A DNA stretch of 64,000 nucleotides from Octopus vulgaris. Its lineage: Eukaryota. The stretch is taken from the NCBI GenBank assembly GCA_951406725.2, contig OX597824.1, positions 77,872,001 through 77,936,000 on the forward strand, given 5' to 3'. The position numbers were made by a program, and so were the translations under genes. The notes below the pieces were generated by a model. That model saw only the letters and a list, made by a program, of their open reading frames with translations. It was not told where the DNA came from and ran no database searches. The first letter of the stretch is position 1, and each line of letters starts with the position of its first letter. Shown here piece by piece: positions 41,890 to 61,178 of this stretch.

Positions 41890-41936
41890 GTTTCTCATTG
41901 ATAATGGCTAAAGAGCTAGAAACGCGTCTGGGAAAC
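41890..41936 (+). ncRNA. Minimal type I hammerhead ribozyme with U3-A8 covariant core (predicted cleavage after GUC at 41928)
   Basis: Stem I GTTTCTCA/TGGGAAAC; core TTGATAA; stem II TGGCT-aaag-AGCTA; GAA-ACGCGT-C; distal stem I extension GTTGCCT/AGGCAGC. Confidence 0.85.
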
Positions 41937-42089
41937 CTACAGGAGGCAGCACTAGAGAGAAATGGTATACTTTTTGTCATACGGTAACTGCAGGGAATTT
42001 ACCTTTAGAAATTAAAATATGTCACAAACACATTTTCACTACCCTCAAGTTGGCTTATCCCTAAACACTGCTCGGCACTAATACTGCTG

Positions 42090-42138
<49 letters not shown>

Positions 42139-42232
42139 TAGTAAAAAGGTAATAAAATAAATTATTATTACCGGTGATCTAGCACAAAAGACATCTTAGC
42201 AATTAGGCTATATGTTATTCATATATAAGTAC

Positions 42233-42469
<237 letters not shown>

Positions 42470-42676
42470 GTGAAATAGAAGGATGAATAATCTTGTAGTA
42501 GATTAATCAAAAGTTTAACCGATACCTTAGTAGCAAAAATCACAGCAGTAAAACAGCACGGTTGGAGGTACAACCATATGGTGTTGCAACCGTGCGTTGG
42601 TGCGGATAATTGAAATTAGAACATTATTGGTGAATTGAAGAAATGGAGCTGAACGCAGATTGAACAGAAATCGTTT

Positions 42677-42770
42677 TATTTCATTCTACACGTGTTTCGA
42701 AAGGCACAAATTACCAAAATCCGATGGAATAATGGGACCATATTGTGTCTTTCTCTTCAGGAAGAAAATA
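42677..42770 (-). ncRNA. Type I hammerhead ribozyme (left arm of palindrome)
   Basis: Reverse complement of the 42902-42995 motif. Confidence 0.85.
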
Positions 42771-42901
42771 GGAAATCCGTTGGAAAAACAAAAACAGAAC
42801 AGAGGCGGAGCAAAAACAAATCGAACTATGCTCCTAAGAGCCCATAGTTCGATTTGTTTTTGCTCCGCCTCTGTTCTGTTTTTGTTTTTCCAACGGATTT
42901 C

Positions 42902-42995
42902 TATTTTCTTCCTGAAGAGAAAGACACAATATGGTCCCATTATTCCATCGGATTTTGGTAATTTGTGCCTTTCGAAACACGTGTAGAATGAAATA
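42902..42995 (+). ncRNA. Type I hammerhead ribozyme with long stem II (predicted cleavage after GUA at 42985)
   Basis: Stem I TATTTTCTTC/GAATGAAATA; CTGAAGA 42912-42918; stem II GAAAGACACAA/TTGTGCCTTTC; GAA-ACACGTGT-A. Confidence 0.87.
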
Positions 42996-43050
42996 AAACG
43001 ATTTCTGTTCAATCTGCGTTCAGCTCCATTTCTTCAATTCACCAATAATG

Positions 43051-43088
<38 letters not shown>

Positions 43089-43414
43089 CTATATACGTGT
43101 GTGTGTCTATTTTTATATATGTATATATACATATGTTGAGGCGCTTGGCTTCGTGGTTAGGGTGTCAACATCATGATCGTAAGATTGTGGTTTCGATTCC
43201 TGGACCGGGTGACGCGTTGTGTTCTTGAGCAAAACACTTCATTTCACGTTGCTCCAGTCCACTCAGCTGGCAAAAATGAGTAACGCGGCGATGGACTGGC
43301 GTCACGTCCAGCTGGGAAACACATACATATGACATTGAAATCGGGAAACGGGGCTCATGAGTCTGGCTAGGCTTTAAAAGGGCGCATTTATTTTATTTAT
43401 ATATACATATACAA

Positions 43415-43475
<61 letters not shown>

Positions 43476-44064
43476 TGCATGCATATACATATACCTGTTA
43501 CTTTACCGGGACATCTTAATGTTTCGATGACTAGAGACTGCGTAGGGTTGAGGTTTCTCGACGTTTGGTTTTTATTTATACCAGTAATATAACACAGTAT
43601 AGAATTAAATCGACTATTTCTCTTAACATACAAACATTTGGCTTTGTTCCTAGTCAAAAATAATCTTTATACCTCCAGGCCATTCGCACACACACACACA
43701 CACATTGACACACAAACACATTCACACATGCACACCCACATGAAGAGTGTTTACTACACCTCCTTCTCTCACAAGATCTAACGATCACTCAATCAATAAT
43801 TTACATTGATAATTTGTATTTCAAAACTAAGAAATCTCTATTGATTTTTCTTCTAACTTCTTCAACAGTGCCAAGAACACTTGTATTATTAGCAATCGCA
43901 TCACTTTGTGCCAAGCTGATCTCCAATGATGTTGCTAGAAAGTGTGTAGGTGGTTGAAAATACACATATCTAGCAAAGCATTGCCCACAAACACCTTTCA
44001 TCTTACGATGGTCTGCTGATGTGTTTTCCCACCAGACTCTGTCCATACACTGTTTTCACAATAA

Positions 44065-45530
<1,466 letters not shown>

Positions 45531-47008
45531 CAGATTTACTTTAAAACCATTTGATCTTTTACCCACCAACCAACCATCCATCCAGCCAACCAACCAACCA
45601 ACCTCACACCCATCTTTGTACCACGTCTGACGTCTTCTACAGAACATGTTTCTTCTCCAATCCTTCTTCGCCAGAACTTTAACATAATCCTCTCAAATTC
45701 CTTTTGAGGCCATGTCCGCCTCTCTTCACCAGCTCCAACCCGAACACTCAACGGTAACATTATAAATTGAACACTAATCCCACTCAGAAATTACATAATC
45801 ATTGATTACAGTCGTCGTTTAGCCCCCAGTAAGCCGTGGTGGAGAAACTTATGATCAAAGACATGTTATCCATGGTCGTCCAATTCTATACCATTCTGTG
45901 TTTCATTTTGCATGAATTAATATGAGAGAGAAGATCAGCAGTCGTGACCCTTACCAGAGCCCTTGAAACGGGTGAGAAAGTTATCTTTAGGTTACAGATG
46001 CTTAAATATATGTAACAAAGTGGATCCCAGTAAATTTACCCATGGGTGAGTAGGAGATGTCAATCTGGGTGATAGATTATGTTAACTTGTTAGCATTCAG
46101 ATATAACCTGTTAATGGAGACGCGTGGCTTAGTGGTTAGTGTGTCAGCATCATGATCGTAAGATTGTGGTTTCGATTCCTGGACCGAGCGACGCGTTGTG
46201 TTCTTCAGCAAAACACTTCATTTGACTCCAGTCCACTCAGCTGGCAAAAATGAGTAACGATGCAATAGACTGGCGTTCCGTCCAGCTGGGGAGCACATAC
46301 GCCATTGAAACCGGGCACATGAGCCTGGCTAGGCTTTAAAAGGACGCATTTATTTACTTATTTATTTATATAATCTATTAAATGTAATGTTTCTTTAATC
46401 CTGTTGTTTCTGATTAATCATACATTATCTTGTATGTTTAAGATTTAGACGATGCGATTGTTTATTTCTTAAATGACATTGAAAGGTTGGTATGAGAGGC
46501 CTGATCTAGTCAGTTTGAATATGGAACAAAATATTTTGACAAGCTATGCTCAGTTTAAATGCTAAAGGTTTAAACCAACAATAACAGAAATGACTCCCTC
46601 CCCACCACCAAACCGATTTCCACATTGTTTCAAAATCTCATTCACAAAGTTTAGATCTAGCTGACAGGAGAAGATTTGTCTAAGGGATGTTATTGTTACA
46701 GTCATTGTTGCTCCAGGATAAAGCTCATTGAAAAGTCTTCTGATTCAATCCAACCTGGTTTTCTATACAATTTATTCTACAGTACTGAAAATGTCTTTTT
46801 TTTCTTAAAACTGAATGCACAGCGCTAGAAGAGAAATATCAAGCCATCCTGTTCGGCGATTTAAAATCTCCATCAATTCACCATCATGAACTTATGCTTT
46901 ATTAATCGACCCCGAAATGATGAAGGGCAAAGCCTCTCTAGGCAGGATTTGAACTCAAATCACAGAGAATTGGAACAAATACCTCGAGGCATTCTATCCA
47001 TTGCCCTA

Positions 47009-47850
47009 ATATCGAAAATTTGGTGAGAGCGTGCCGAGGTTGCGCGCTCGCAGCCAAAGTCACCGGTAAAATATCAATCGTGGCCAGAGAATGAGGACCC
47101 ATGGTCTAGGTTACACATTGACTATGCCGGATTAGTAAACGGTGCTTACTACCTAATCGCAGTAGATAGCTGTACTAAGTGGCTGGATGTTTGCGGGTGC
47201 TATAGACCAACCTCTAAAACAACTATAATTTCTTATATGAATTGTTTGTGCGATACCGTGTCACTTACGCGCTAGTTTCAGACAACGGAACGCAGTTCTT
47301 TGGATATGAATTCAAGAACTTCTGTAAAAAGTATGCAATAAAGCATATTTTCATTCTGCCCTACAACTCGGGGTCAAGCGGGCGGGTAGTAAAATTTGGG
47401 GACACCTTTAAGAGAGTGTTAAGAAAAGCACGGAATGCATTAAGCAACGATGAAGCACTGAGAAATTTCTTAAGAATATACAAAGTGATCTCCAATCCAA
47501 ATACAAATTCAGGGAAGTCTCCCGCAGAATTAATGTTCGTAAGAAGAATAAAATCCATTTTTGATAAGCTATTACCAGAGAAAAAAAACGTAAAGGAAAT
47601 ACGAAAGAGCCAACGAAATACGTCGAGATATGTGATAAAGTGCATTTCAAAACCTACAGAAACGCTAAAAAGGCTGGGAAGATAGTCTCGTTACTAGAAA
47701 AATTGGAAATATGATGAATCTAATTAAAGGGTCACATGAGGAACATAAGAGACACATAAACCAACTAAGAAAGAGGCATTCCAATATCTGGAAGGAATTC
47801 CCATGGAAGTATTCTGTGAAATAACCGATGTACCGTTACCAAAATTAAGA
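47009..47850 (+). mobile_element. Gypsy/Ty3 LTR-retrotransposon integrase remnant
   Basis: VRACRGCA..PWSRLHIDYAG..YYLIAVDS..KW..LVSDNGTQF..PYNSGSSG..SPAELMF.RRIKS; no LTRs seen. Confidence 0.88.
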
Positions 47851-48841
47851 GACTAGGCTGAACACCTTGAGATAATATATCCAAGGGAAAGAGCTACTAA
47901 AATATATAAATAAAACATTTCTTTATTCCTTTGGAACTCGAAATCTCAAAAGGAGAACTGTGCGAGTGTACGATGCCCTCTGGCGAGAACGGACCATTAC
48001 ATATAAATATCGATCTGAGTAAATGATGTAGTTCGTTTGTTGATAGGCGCAGGAGTGGCTGTGTGGTAAGTAGCTTGCTTACCAACCACATGGTTCCGGG
48101 TTGAGTCACACTGCGTGGCACCTTGGGCAAGTGTCTTCTGCTATAGCCCCGGGTCGACCAAGGCCTTGTGAGTGGATTTGGTAGACGGAAACTGAAAGAA
48201 GCCTGTCGTATATATGTATATATATATGTGTGTGTGTGTGTATATGTTTGTGTGTCTGTGTTTGTCTCCCTAGCATTGCTTGACAACCGATGCTGGTGTG
48301 TTTACGTCCCCCTCACTTAACGGTTCGGCAAAAGAGACCGATAGAATAAGTATTGGGCTTACAAAGAATAAGTCCCGGGGTCGATTTGCTCGACTAAAGG
48401 CGGTGCTCCAGCATGGCCGCAGTCAAATGACTGAAACAAGTAAAAGAGTAAAAAGAGTAAAGAGAGTTCAAGGCTGGAGTTCAAAGTTTACAGTTCATGT
48501 TAGCGTGTTGGATTGTTGATTTTTGAAATGTTATTTCGTTCCTTGTGGTTACTGCTGTTTTTTTGGGTTTCTTTAAATATTGTTATTACTCTGTTGCAGT
48601 GTATTCGTTTATCCATACGGATATAACAAAAACCGAAACATTAGATGCTCTGAATTACAAAAGACACGGAAATTTCATATTTAGTCGCTGGTTTCCCAGT
48701 CTATCCGTAAGCAAGACGTGCCTTGCAAAAAGCATGTGAATCAAATTGTAACAGGACACAGCCGAACGATACCTCTGTACATTGGTGAATTGTTCCTACC
48801 ACACACTATACATTTACAACTAGTTAAACTAGGCTATCAAA

Positions 48842-49120
48842 CTCTGTTCGGATTGTCCTTGTACAGGGGCCATCCGGACTCCCGTCTTCACCTTCTTCCT
48901 AGCTCTCCTGTGTGACCCCTCTGTCTGGCATTGGCCATGTTAGATCACTAGCCACTAAACCGTCTTAATTTTCTCTCCCTGTTTATTTGTGTTCCTTTCT
49001 GTCGAAGAGCGTAGGCTCGAAACGTAAAAGACTTTCTCACTTCCCGAGCGTTAAACTAATATATCTGTTTGTTGTTTACACACCCATCTTCGTCTTTTGT
49101 TTTTTTATAAATTCTCATTT
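48842..49120 (+). mobile_element. Neptune-type PLE 3' fragment/pseudo-LTR with minimal hammerhead at 48995-49030 (CUGUCGA core)
   Basis: Starts with the GIY-YIG tail (LFGLSLYRGHPDSRL); CTTT-CTGTCGAA-GAGC-gtag-GCTC-GAAACGTA-AAAG. Confidence 0.8.
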
Positions 49121-49902
49121 ATAAGTAAAGTGTATTGACTTTTGATACAATTCATTGTCACTCATAGAATTACAAACCACGAAATTCTCGGTTCATTTTC
49201 TTCTAATCATAAATATGAGAGATGACAGCATTAGGGAAACATTACAGTGTATTTATTTCTTAAGTCACGGGGAGCCTCTCCGCAAGTGCTCCAACTGCTC
49301 GAAATAATAGCCAAATCTTTCTGAAAATTTTCCGTATTGAAAGAAAAACTGCAGTGGGTGATGTACTACAAGATATATAATCTTTAATCTCTAACTGGCC
49401 AATTTCATTGGTCACTCTATCTTTCAGTGATGGCTGCCTCATCTTATCCCGCTTTGCTAAGCTATGACTTTGATTCATTAAAGCTGTGTCCAGTGTCACT
49501 AGAATTACTTAATGTTTATCGTATGTTTATTGTTTCATTTAGTAGGTATTATATACTTGCCTGTTCATTACGTCATTCATATCCTGTTTTTCTCAAGTTG
49601 TTGGACTGTCTTCATAAATTATTTTTTATTTGCTGTTACGAAACAATATTCCTGGTATACTTTGTGACCGGTTTACGAGTTACATCTAATGTCTCTAAAT
49701 TTTCATTTTCTGTAGTGTCATGCACACACACACGCACTCACATATAAGCACATTCATACTCTTATACGCGCGCACATACACACTCTCATGCATACATACA
49801 TACATACATACATACATACATACACACACATACATACATACATTCATACATACATACATACATACATACATACATACATACATACATACATACATACATA
49901 CA

Positions 49903-49934
<32 letters not shown>

Positions 49935-50594
49935 CATTGCGCCGTTTTGCTAGCAGATATTTAATTCCCAATACTACTATAAGACCAACTATAAGTAAAT
50001 AGTAAATATTCCCAAACGAACAAATATTATGCTACATTTGTTTAGGAAAATAAATATAGAGAAAGTAATATGTTTTAAAAGAGTTAAAACATATTATGCT
50101 AAGATAATTAAGCATGATATTAATACATATTTATTATATATATTGCAATGAAAGATTTCACATTATAATGTTTTCTATTCTTTTCCATTTTCTTTATATT
50201 CTTTTAATTAATATTTTATTTGTTTCAGTCATTTGACTGCAGCCATGCTGGAGCACCGCCTTTACTCGGGCAAATCGACTCCAGGACTTATTCTGTTGTA
50301 AGTTTAGTACTTATTCTATTGATCTCTTTTGCCCAACCGCTAAATTACAGGGACGTAAACACACCAGCACATCGGTTGTCAAGCTATCTTGGGGTGGGGA
50401 CAAACACAGACACACACACATACATACATATATATGTGTGTGTGTGTGTGTGTACGGCGGGTTTCTTTTTGTCTACGTATACTAAATCCACTCACAAGAT
50501 TTTGATCGGCCAGAGGCTATAGTAGAAGGCACTTGCCCAAGGTGCCACGCACTAGGACTGAAGCTGGAACGATGTGGTTGGTAAGCAAGCTACT

Positions 50595-51263
50595 TTATTT
50601 CATAAAATTGGCTATGCAGCCTTACAAAGATGTAGCTGCGGGCTGGACACAAACACAATGATAATGAAATGAAAAGAAGGGTTGGTGGGAGAAGCAAACA
50701 ACGCCTGCCGATTGCTGCTTCTCCAAAACATTGTTCTCATATTTTTCCAGCGAAACAAAATGAGGTATTGAACTTCTTATCACAGTTCAAAGAATGGACG
50801 TAATCGTCCTTACAAATTGAGGCGCTGAGCCTCTTACCAAAATATTTAAAAATTCAATTTCAAATCGAGGCGCTAAGGCCTTTTACTTTTTCTCCTCATC
50901 CAGGTAATATGCCTCCCGCAGGCAATCCTGCAGTTCTAAGTCGGGGGCCCAGATAACATAACTGTATTGGTCCTTGGGAAAGGTGTCCAACGCCCTGAAC
51001 ATATCATTTCCGATTATGACTTATAAAGTTACCTGCAGAGGCCAATCCGGGTCTTCAGTACAGGACAAGAGTCCCGCTCCGTCCCTCTAGCTTCTTCACA
51101 AATGTCTGTACAACAAACAACAAACCCCCGCTAAATCCCCACCCCCCAAATCCCCAAATATCCTACCTTACAGCTGCGCCTTCAGAGTTCTTCAATTCAA
51201 GACCGCTGCAAAGCAACGTCTTCACAACACCAGTACAGAATTAAAACTAACTAACGAAGGCGC
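50595..51263 (-). mobile_element. 669-bp unidentified retroposed insertion inside the tRNA-like head of a SINE-A copy, 14-bp TSD
   Basis: GTAAGCAAGCTACT (50581-50594) and GTAAGCGAGCTACT (51264-51277); the SINE resumes after the second copy; minus strand ends in AATAAA. Confidence 0.75.
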
Positions 51264-51342
51264 GTAAGCGAGCTACTCACCACACAGCCACTCCTGCACC
51301 TATTTGTTCGCTTTTTTAATAGCGTCAGTGTTTACAATAGTC

Positions 51343-51393
<51 letters not shown>

Positions 51394-51399
51394 CTATTC

Positions 51400-51993
51400 G
51401 GAGACTCCTTCTGTCACGACGCAGACCATGGGATTGCACCTAGAAAGTTACCCTCCTAGACACAAGTCCGGGCGAGGTTGTTTATGGAAGACCAGCAGTC
51501 GCCCATGAATACCTATTTCTTTACTACCACCCACAAGGGGCTAAACACAGAGGAGACAAACAAGAAGAGACAGACGGATTAAGTCGATTATATCGACCCC
51601 AGTGCGTAACTGGTACTTAATTTACCGACCCCGAAAGGATGAAAGGCAAAGTCGACCTTAGCGGAATTTGAACTCAGAACGTAACGGCAGACGAAATACC
51701 GCTCAGCCATTTCGCCCAGCGTGCTAACGTTTCTGCCAGCTCGCCGCCTTCCCCTCTCCACGCCATACCATCTTCCCTTCTCCACGCCACCAGTGTTATC
51801 CAAGGGAAAGACAAAGGTCGATACAGCTTGGCACCAGAGAACTCGCAACTCATTTCTACAGCTGAGTGAACTGGAACAACGTGAAATAAAGTACCTTGCT
51901 CAAGAACACAACACGCAGCCCGGTCCGGGATTCGAGCTCACAACCTCACGATCGTAAGCTCGACGCTCTAACCACTGAACCATGCGCCTTCAC
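51400..51993 (-). mobile_element. SINE C2 copy with nested SINE-B (51514-51748)
   Basis: Reverse complement of 28287-28628 split by a SINE-B copy. Confidence 0.88.
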
Positions 51994-53155
51994 TATATGT
52001 ATATATATATAGCTGGTAATATCGAACAGTCAGAATGTGTGCTCAACACCACAATGGTGCATAGCCTTTATTTCTAGGTAAAATAGACTACCAATGCTTT
52101 CATGTAGTGAGATCTCTCAACAATTTTCAAGGCTGCTACATAGGAAGCTTGGTACTCGTCTCTATGGGAGCGGATTTATAATCATTGAGAGATCTTATGC
52201 TGCATGAAACCATTGGTAACTTTTTAAACAAAAGAATCATTTATCCACCAATGCAAACTACTCTGTTTGATATTTCACGTACATTTTCCGCCAAATGTAA
52301 CTGGAAAACTTTGCTTGAAAGACTCACTGTGATTGGTATTTCGGCCTTTGAACCTGCCCTCTATCATTCTTATATAATTATAATTTTTCACTGATCTGTT
52401 CGAGTAGGTAGAATTAACGTCGGTATCGTTCACTAGTGTTGTAGAATCACAAGGCTGGATATGCTTCGGTGACTTTACATCTTTATATCTTTATATCTTC
52501 ATATACGCGACCTATTTCTGTCTTAACTGATTGAGTGTTATTCAGTTCTTATACTAAAGTGCAGTAATATCTCACCATGAAACTCAACTTGTCGGATGTT
52601 TTCCAGTTACAGTAACAAGAAGGAAACGTGCTATCACTTATCTTACCCATCGAGGTTACTGAGGATTCTAACAGATATGGAAGTATTGGGTGAGACCCAA
52701 GGACGATATTGCTAGCTCTGGAGATTATATAATTCATAAACTTCGAATTATTTCGTTTTGAAATCTATCTTCTTCTCCACTGTAAGTCATATTACATACA
52801 CAAGCGCATGCACACAATACGCACACACACGCACTCACACACAAACGAACACAAGCAACAAAAAAACAAACACACACACATATATATATATAGATACATA
52901 CATACATACATACATACATACATACATACATACATACATACATACATACGTACGTACATACATGTGTGTGAGTACATAAGGTGTACTACATTAACGGATT
53001 ATATTTATCAGTACGTTTTTGAGACATGAAAGTTCAGCTTCGAAATATATAAGAAAATTTACTTAACTATGATAGGTTTGTTCATTAATACATAGATAAA
53101 TAAGGATGATAATGAGGACGTCGACAACAGCAACAACAAAACAACATCAACACAA

Positions 53156-53217
<62 letters not shown>

Positions 53218-53234
53218 TAATGTTAATGATAATG

Positions 53235-53268
<34 letters not shown>

Positions 53269-53300
53269 TAATAATAATAATAATAATAACAATAGTAGTA

Positions 53301-53345
<45 letters not shown>

Positions 53346-53385
53346 GAAATAATAATTATAATAATAACAATAATTATAATAATAA

Positions 53386-53416
<31 letters not shown>

Positions 53417-53443
53417 TATAATAATAATAATAATAATAATAAT

Positions 53444-53478
<35 letters not shown>

Positions 53479-53481
53479 TAT

Positions 53482-57006
<3,525 letters not shown>

Positions 57007-58200
57007 CAACAGCACATCACTAACAGAACAACCACGAGCAACAGTATGATGATAATAGTAATAATAACCTCCCGACAATTGCCGGAATGGAAAAGTCATA
57101 GCATGCTGTTTGAAGTCTACTTCAGAAACGTAGGCATATAACATGTTGAAGAAGCAAATGTTCAATGTTTATTAGATGTCGACAAACACTGATTATATCA
57201 ATAACTATAAGTTACCCAAACTGTCAACACTTTATTACATAAATTTGTATATCACTGCACACAAAGACATACATACACACACACATCCATATAAATATAC
57301 ATATATACATATATATATATATACACACACCATACTGCGCATCTCCAGCTGGTTACTTTATTTCAGGTCTCTCAGAGATGACTGATTAATATTCTACTTC
57401 ACAGAAACAGAGGCAGTTAATTTCTCTGTTGTTGTTTATTTTGGCACAGAATATATATATATATATATGTGTGTTTGCGTGTGTTTTTTCTTCTTCTTTT
57501 TTTGTTTTGTTTTGTTTTTCCTTCCAAAAGGAAAAGCGAGATACAAAAACAAAATAATACTATATTTATGCTAGCAATCTAAAACAGTAAGAAGTACCAG
57601 TGATAGCCATAATTTCTTTGACTCTTAATTTATATATCTACTTCGTAAATATATACACTATACTTAATATTCATAAACAGCTGGATTCCTTTGATAACAC
57701 AACGTTTTTATCAGACATGAATTATGAAATTTAGCCAAGTAAAATTGCTGATTCTAAAAAAGTGAGTATCGTGGGAAAATTGATTTCCAAAAGCGGAAAC
57801 ATTATCCATATCATCTGTCTGTCTGTCTCGTAGAGTTGTAGTTATTGTTGTTGCCGATTTATCGCCCTAGGTCATCTCTGCTACATTGGACAGAACTATA
57901 ATGAAAAACCACCTGTAACCATTCTAAGATTCTTTCAGTTTATTTCCGGCGATGTCCGAATTGTCATTTCCTTTCTAAAACGTGTGTTTTGGCCGCTTTT
58001 CCTATTAAATTTTCATCTGCTCATGGACGGTGGGTGTTCAATTTTTGTTTAGCTAAAGAAATGATCAAATAGTTCTATAACCAACAGATATATTTCAGCC
58101 ACAATCATATAATACTTCTTTTCAGAAATGGGCCATATTACCATATGAATACTTCTCTTTCTCTAGACTTTACATGTGGATGGGGGAGATTTGGTCAATA

Positions 58201-58817
58201 TTGGCCTCAAATTTTGGCACAAGGCCAGTGTTTTCAAGGATGGAGGTAAGTCAATTACATCAATCCCATCCACCACCACCACTACCACTTCTCGACTAAT
58301 AGTTATTTTATTGACCCCGAAAGAATGAAAAGCAAAGCTGACTACAGCGGAATTTGAACTCAGAATGTAAAGACGGATGAAATGCCGCTAAACATATTGT
58401 CTGCCGTCTTGAGATTTGATTAATATAGGTTTCACAAACCTATATTCTTTTCTACTCTAGGCACAAGGCCCGAAATTTGGGGGGAGAGAGCCAGTCGATA
58501 TGTCGACCCCAGTACGCAACTGGTACTTAATTTATCGACCCCGAAAGAATGAAAGGTAAATCAACCTCGGCGGAATTTGAACTCAGAACGTATCGGCAGA
58601 AGAAATACCTCTGAACACAGAGAGGACAAACAAGGACAGACAAACGGATTAAGTCGATTATATCGACCCCAGTGTGTAACTGATACTTATTTAATCGACC
58701 CAGAAAGGATGAAAGGCACAGTCGAATTCGGTGGAATTTGAACTCAGAACGTAGCAGCAGACGAAATACGGTAAGCACTTCGCCCGGTGTGCTAACGTTT
58801 CTGCTAGCTCGCCGTCT
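58201..58817 (-). mobile_element. Two SINE family B copies (58201-58407 degenerate, 58445-58817 dimeric)
   Basis: Same head, B-box and central domain as the other SINE-B copies. Confidence 0.88.
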
Positions 58818-59433
58818 TAGGTTTGGTCAATATTTATATTTATATTCAGACAGAGAGCTGCCAGAATTGTTGCGGCATCGGAAAAATGGATTAGCAGCGT
58901 TTCTTCTGGCTTTATGTTCGCCGGGGTGAACTTTACCTTTCTTTCTTTTGTGACCACCACTTGCAAAATTGCTGACCTTGCAGCAAATTTGAAATTACTA
59001 TTTAAATCTGATTTGGATGACTGCACAGATGTTCCTTTCTAATACATACTGAATATTGTAGACAAGGATAGATTATTCAAAGCGTACAAGAAAAGCCAAT
59101 GAACACCCAGTAAAGCTGCTAGAAATAACAGTCACATCTTCGTGCAATTGCCCCCTCAAGAAACTTGATTAGAAATGGCTGACGATTCATAACAACATCA
59201 TCAGCATAAGAAAATACGATATTTCAATAATGTAAATATATCAACATGTATACTTATTTACCATACATATACACACAGAGTTATATACTTATATATAAAT
59301 GCATATACATATATACATTCATATACACACATGCATGCAAATATATATACATATATATACTTATACACACATGCATATACGTATCACACATGCATATCTG
59401 TCAGTGCGTGTGTATGGTCGTATACCTTGAAAG

Positions 59434-59496
<63 letters not shown>

Positions 59497-59577
59497 ATGA
59501 ATTTAGACATATATATATTTATGTATATATATATATATATATATATGTTTATATATATATATATATGCACACATATG

Positions 59578-59608
<31 letters not shown>

Positions 59609-59635
59609 TTATATATATATATATACACACATATG

Positions 59636-59747
<112 letters not shown>

Positions 59748-61035
59748 CGAGGGGCGTTCAATAAGTAATGCCTCTGACCCACTTCCCATAGCAGTAGAGC
59801 AACGAAACTTGGCACAGGTATTAGTCTTTTTCTACATAGGAACAACCCAGAGGTACGCATTTCTCCCATCGTTTGATGCAGTTCCGGAGACCGTTTTCGT
59901 AGAAGACCCCACTTGGTCCTCCAACCACGACGTGACTTCAGAAATCAAGGCTGCATCATCTGGGAAACGCTTTCCTTTCAAAAACAACTTCATGGCTGGG
60001 AAGAGGTGAAAATCAGAGGGTGCAAGGTCAGGTGAGTAGGGGGATGGGGGAAGAGTTCATAGCCGCACGCCTGTGCTTCTGATCTGGCGACACGCGAGTT
60101 GTGGACCTGAGCGTTGTCCTGCAGGAGGAGGATGCCTTTGCTGATCTTGCCCCGTCTCTTGGTTTCGATAGCTTCTCTTAATTTCCTCAAAAGTGAAACA
60201 TGATAGGCTCCTGTAATTGTGGTACCCTTTGCCAGGAAATCTGTCATCCCTACTCCGTCCTGGTCCCAGAATACTGTGAGCATGACCTTGCCAGCGGAGG
60301 GCTGCACCCTTGCCTTCTTTGGAGGAGGTGAGTCATGGTGCTTCCACTGCATTGACTGGGCTTTGGTCTCTGGATCATAGTGATGGACCCAGGTCTCATC
60401 CTGTGTAATAAGTCTTTTGAAAAATTTTGACTCATCTTCTTGGCACATCCCTAAATTCTTGCTTCTGGAATTCTTGCGTTCTTGCTTCTGGAAAAGTGTG
60501 AGCAACCTGGAAATCCATCTGGCAGACACCTTTTGCATATGCAAATGGTCATGAATGATAGTTTCCACAGACCCGGTACTAATCTTGACCTCATGGGCTA
60601 TTTGGCGAATAGTTATGCGTCGATCTTCCAAAATGGCAGCCTCAACTTGACGGACAGATGCCTCATCAATGGCAGAAGGGGCGACCAGATCTGGGAGCTG
60701 TTTCCACAAAGTTCCAACCATGTTTGAATTCACGATGCCAGCGTTTTACAAGGTCATATGATGGGGCATCATCACCATGAGTTACTTTCATTTCATTAAA
60801 AGTCTCCTGTGGTGTGCGTCATTTCAAATACGAAAACCGGATCACTGCTCGACACTCAACATGCTCCATTTCCCACTTCACTCATTTCAAACACCTGTAA
60901 ATCAGAAACCACAATTAATTCAGAGCTGTAATTTGCCACTTACTCTATAGAGATATAAATGTTTGCACATGCAACATTTCAGCTAGATCAAACAAAGGCA
61001 AGTGGGTCAGAGGCATTACTTATTGAACGCCCCTC

Positions 61036-61036
<1 letters not shown>
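59748..61036 (-). mobile_element. Full-length mariner (about 1.29 kb) with pseudogenised DD34D transposase (60869 to 59821)
   Basis: Long TIR CGAGGGGCGTTCAATAAGTAATGCCTCTGACCCACTT with TA TSD in (TA)n; MEHVECRAVIRF.., ITQDETWVHHYDPE, LLLQDNAQVH, HPP(Y)SPDLAPSDF; stop and frameshifts present. Confidence 0.96.
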
Positions 61037-61089
<53 letters not shown>

Positions 61090-61178
61090 GTATATATACA
61101 TATATACATATATATATGCATATTTCCATCCTATATTACCTCGTAGCGGCAATGTAGACTTACATTTAATCAACATAT

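Larger units (their letters stand above)
42617..43055. repeat. Near-perfect 439-bp palindrome (214/213-bp arms) abutting (TA)n
   Basis: Arms differ by one indel as read by eye; apex ATG-CTCCTAAGAGCC-CAT; explains the mirrored ORFs 42660+ and 43012-. Confidence 0.97.

Noticed and set aside
42660-43012. Two mirrored 108-aa ORFs
   Set aside because: A by-product of the palindrome; the sequence is better explained as a ribozyme-bearing non-coding repeat.
43801-44046. 81-aa minus-strand ORF and an overlapping signal-peptide-like plus-strand frame
   Set aside because: No recognisable motif or supported exon chain; short enough to be chance.
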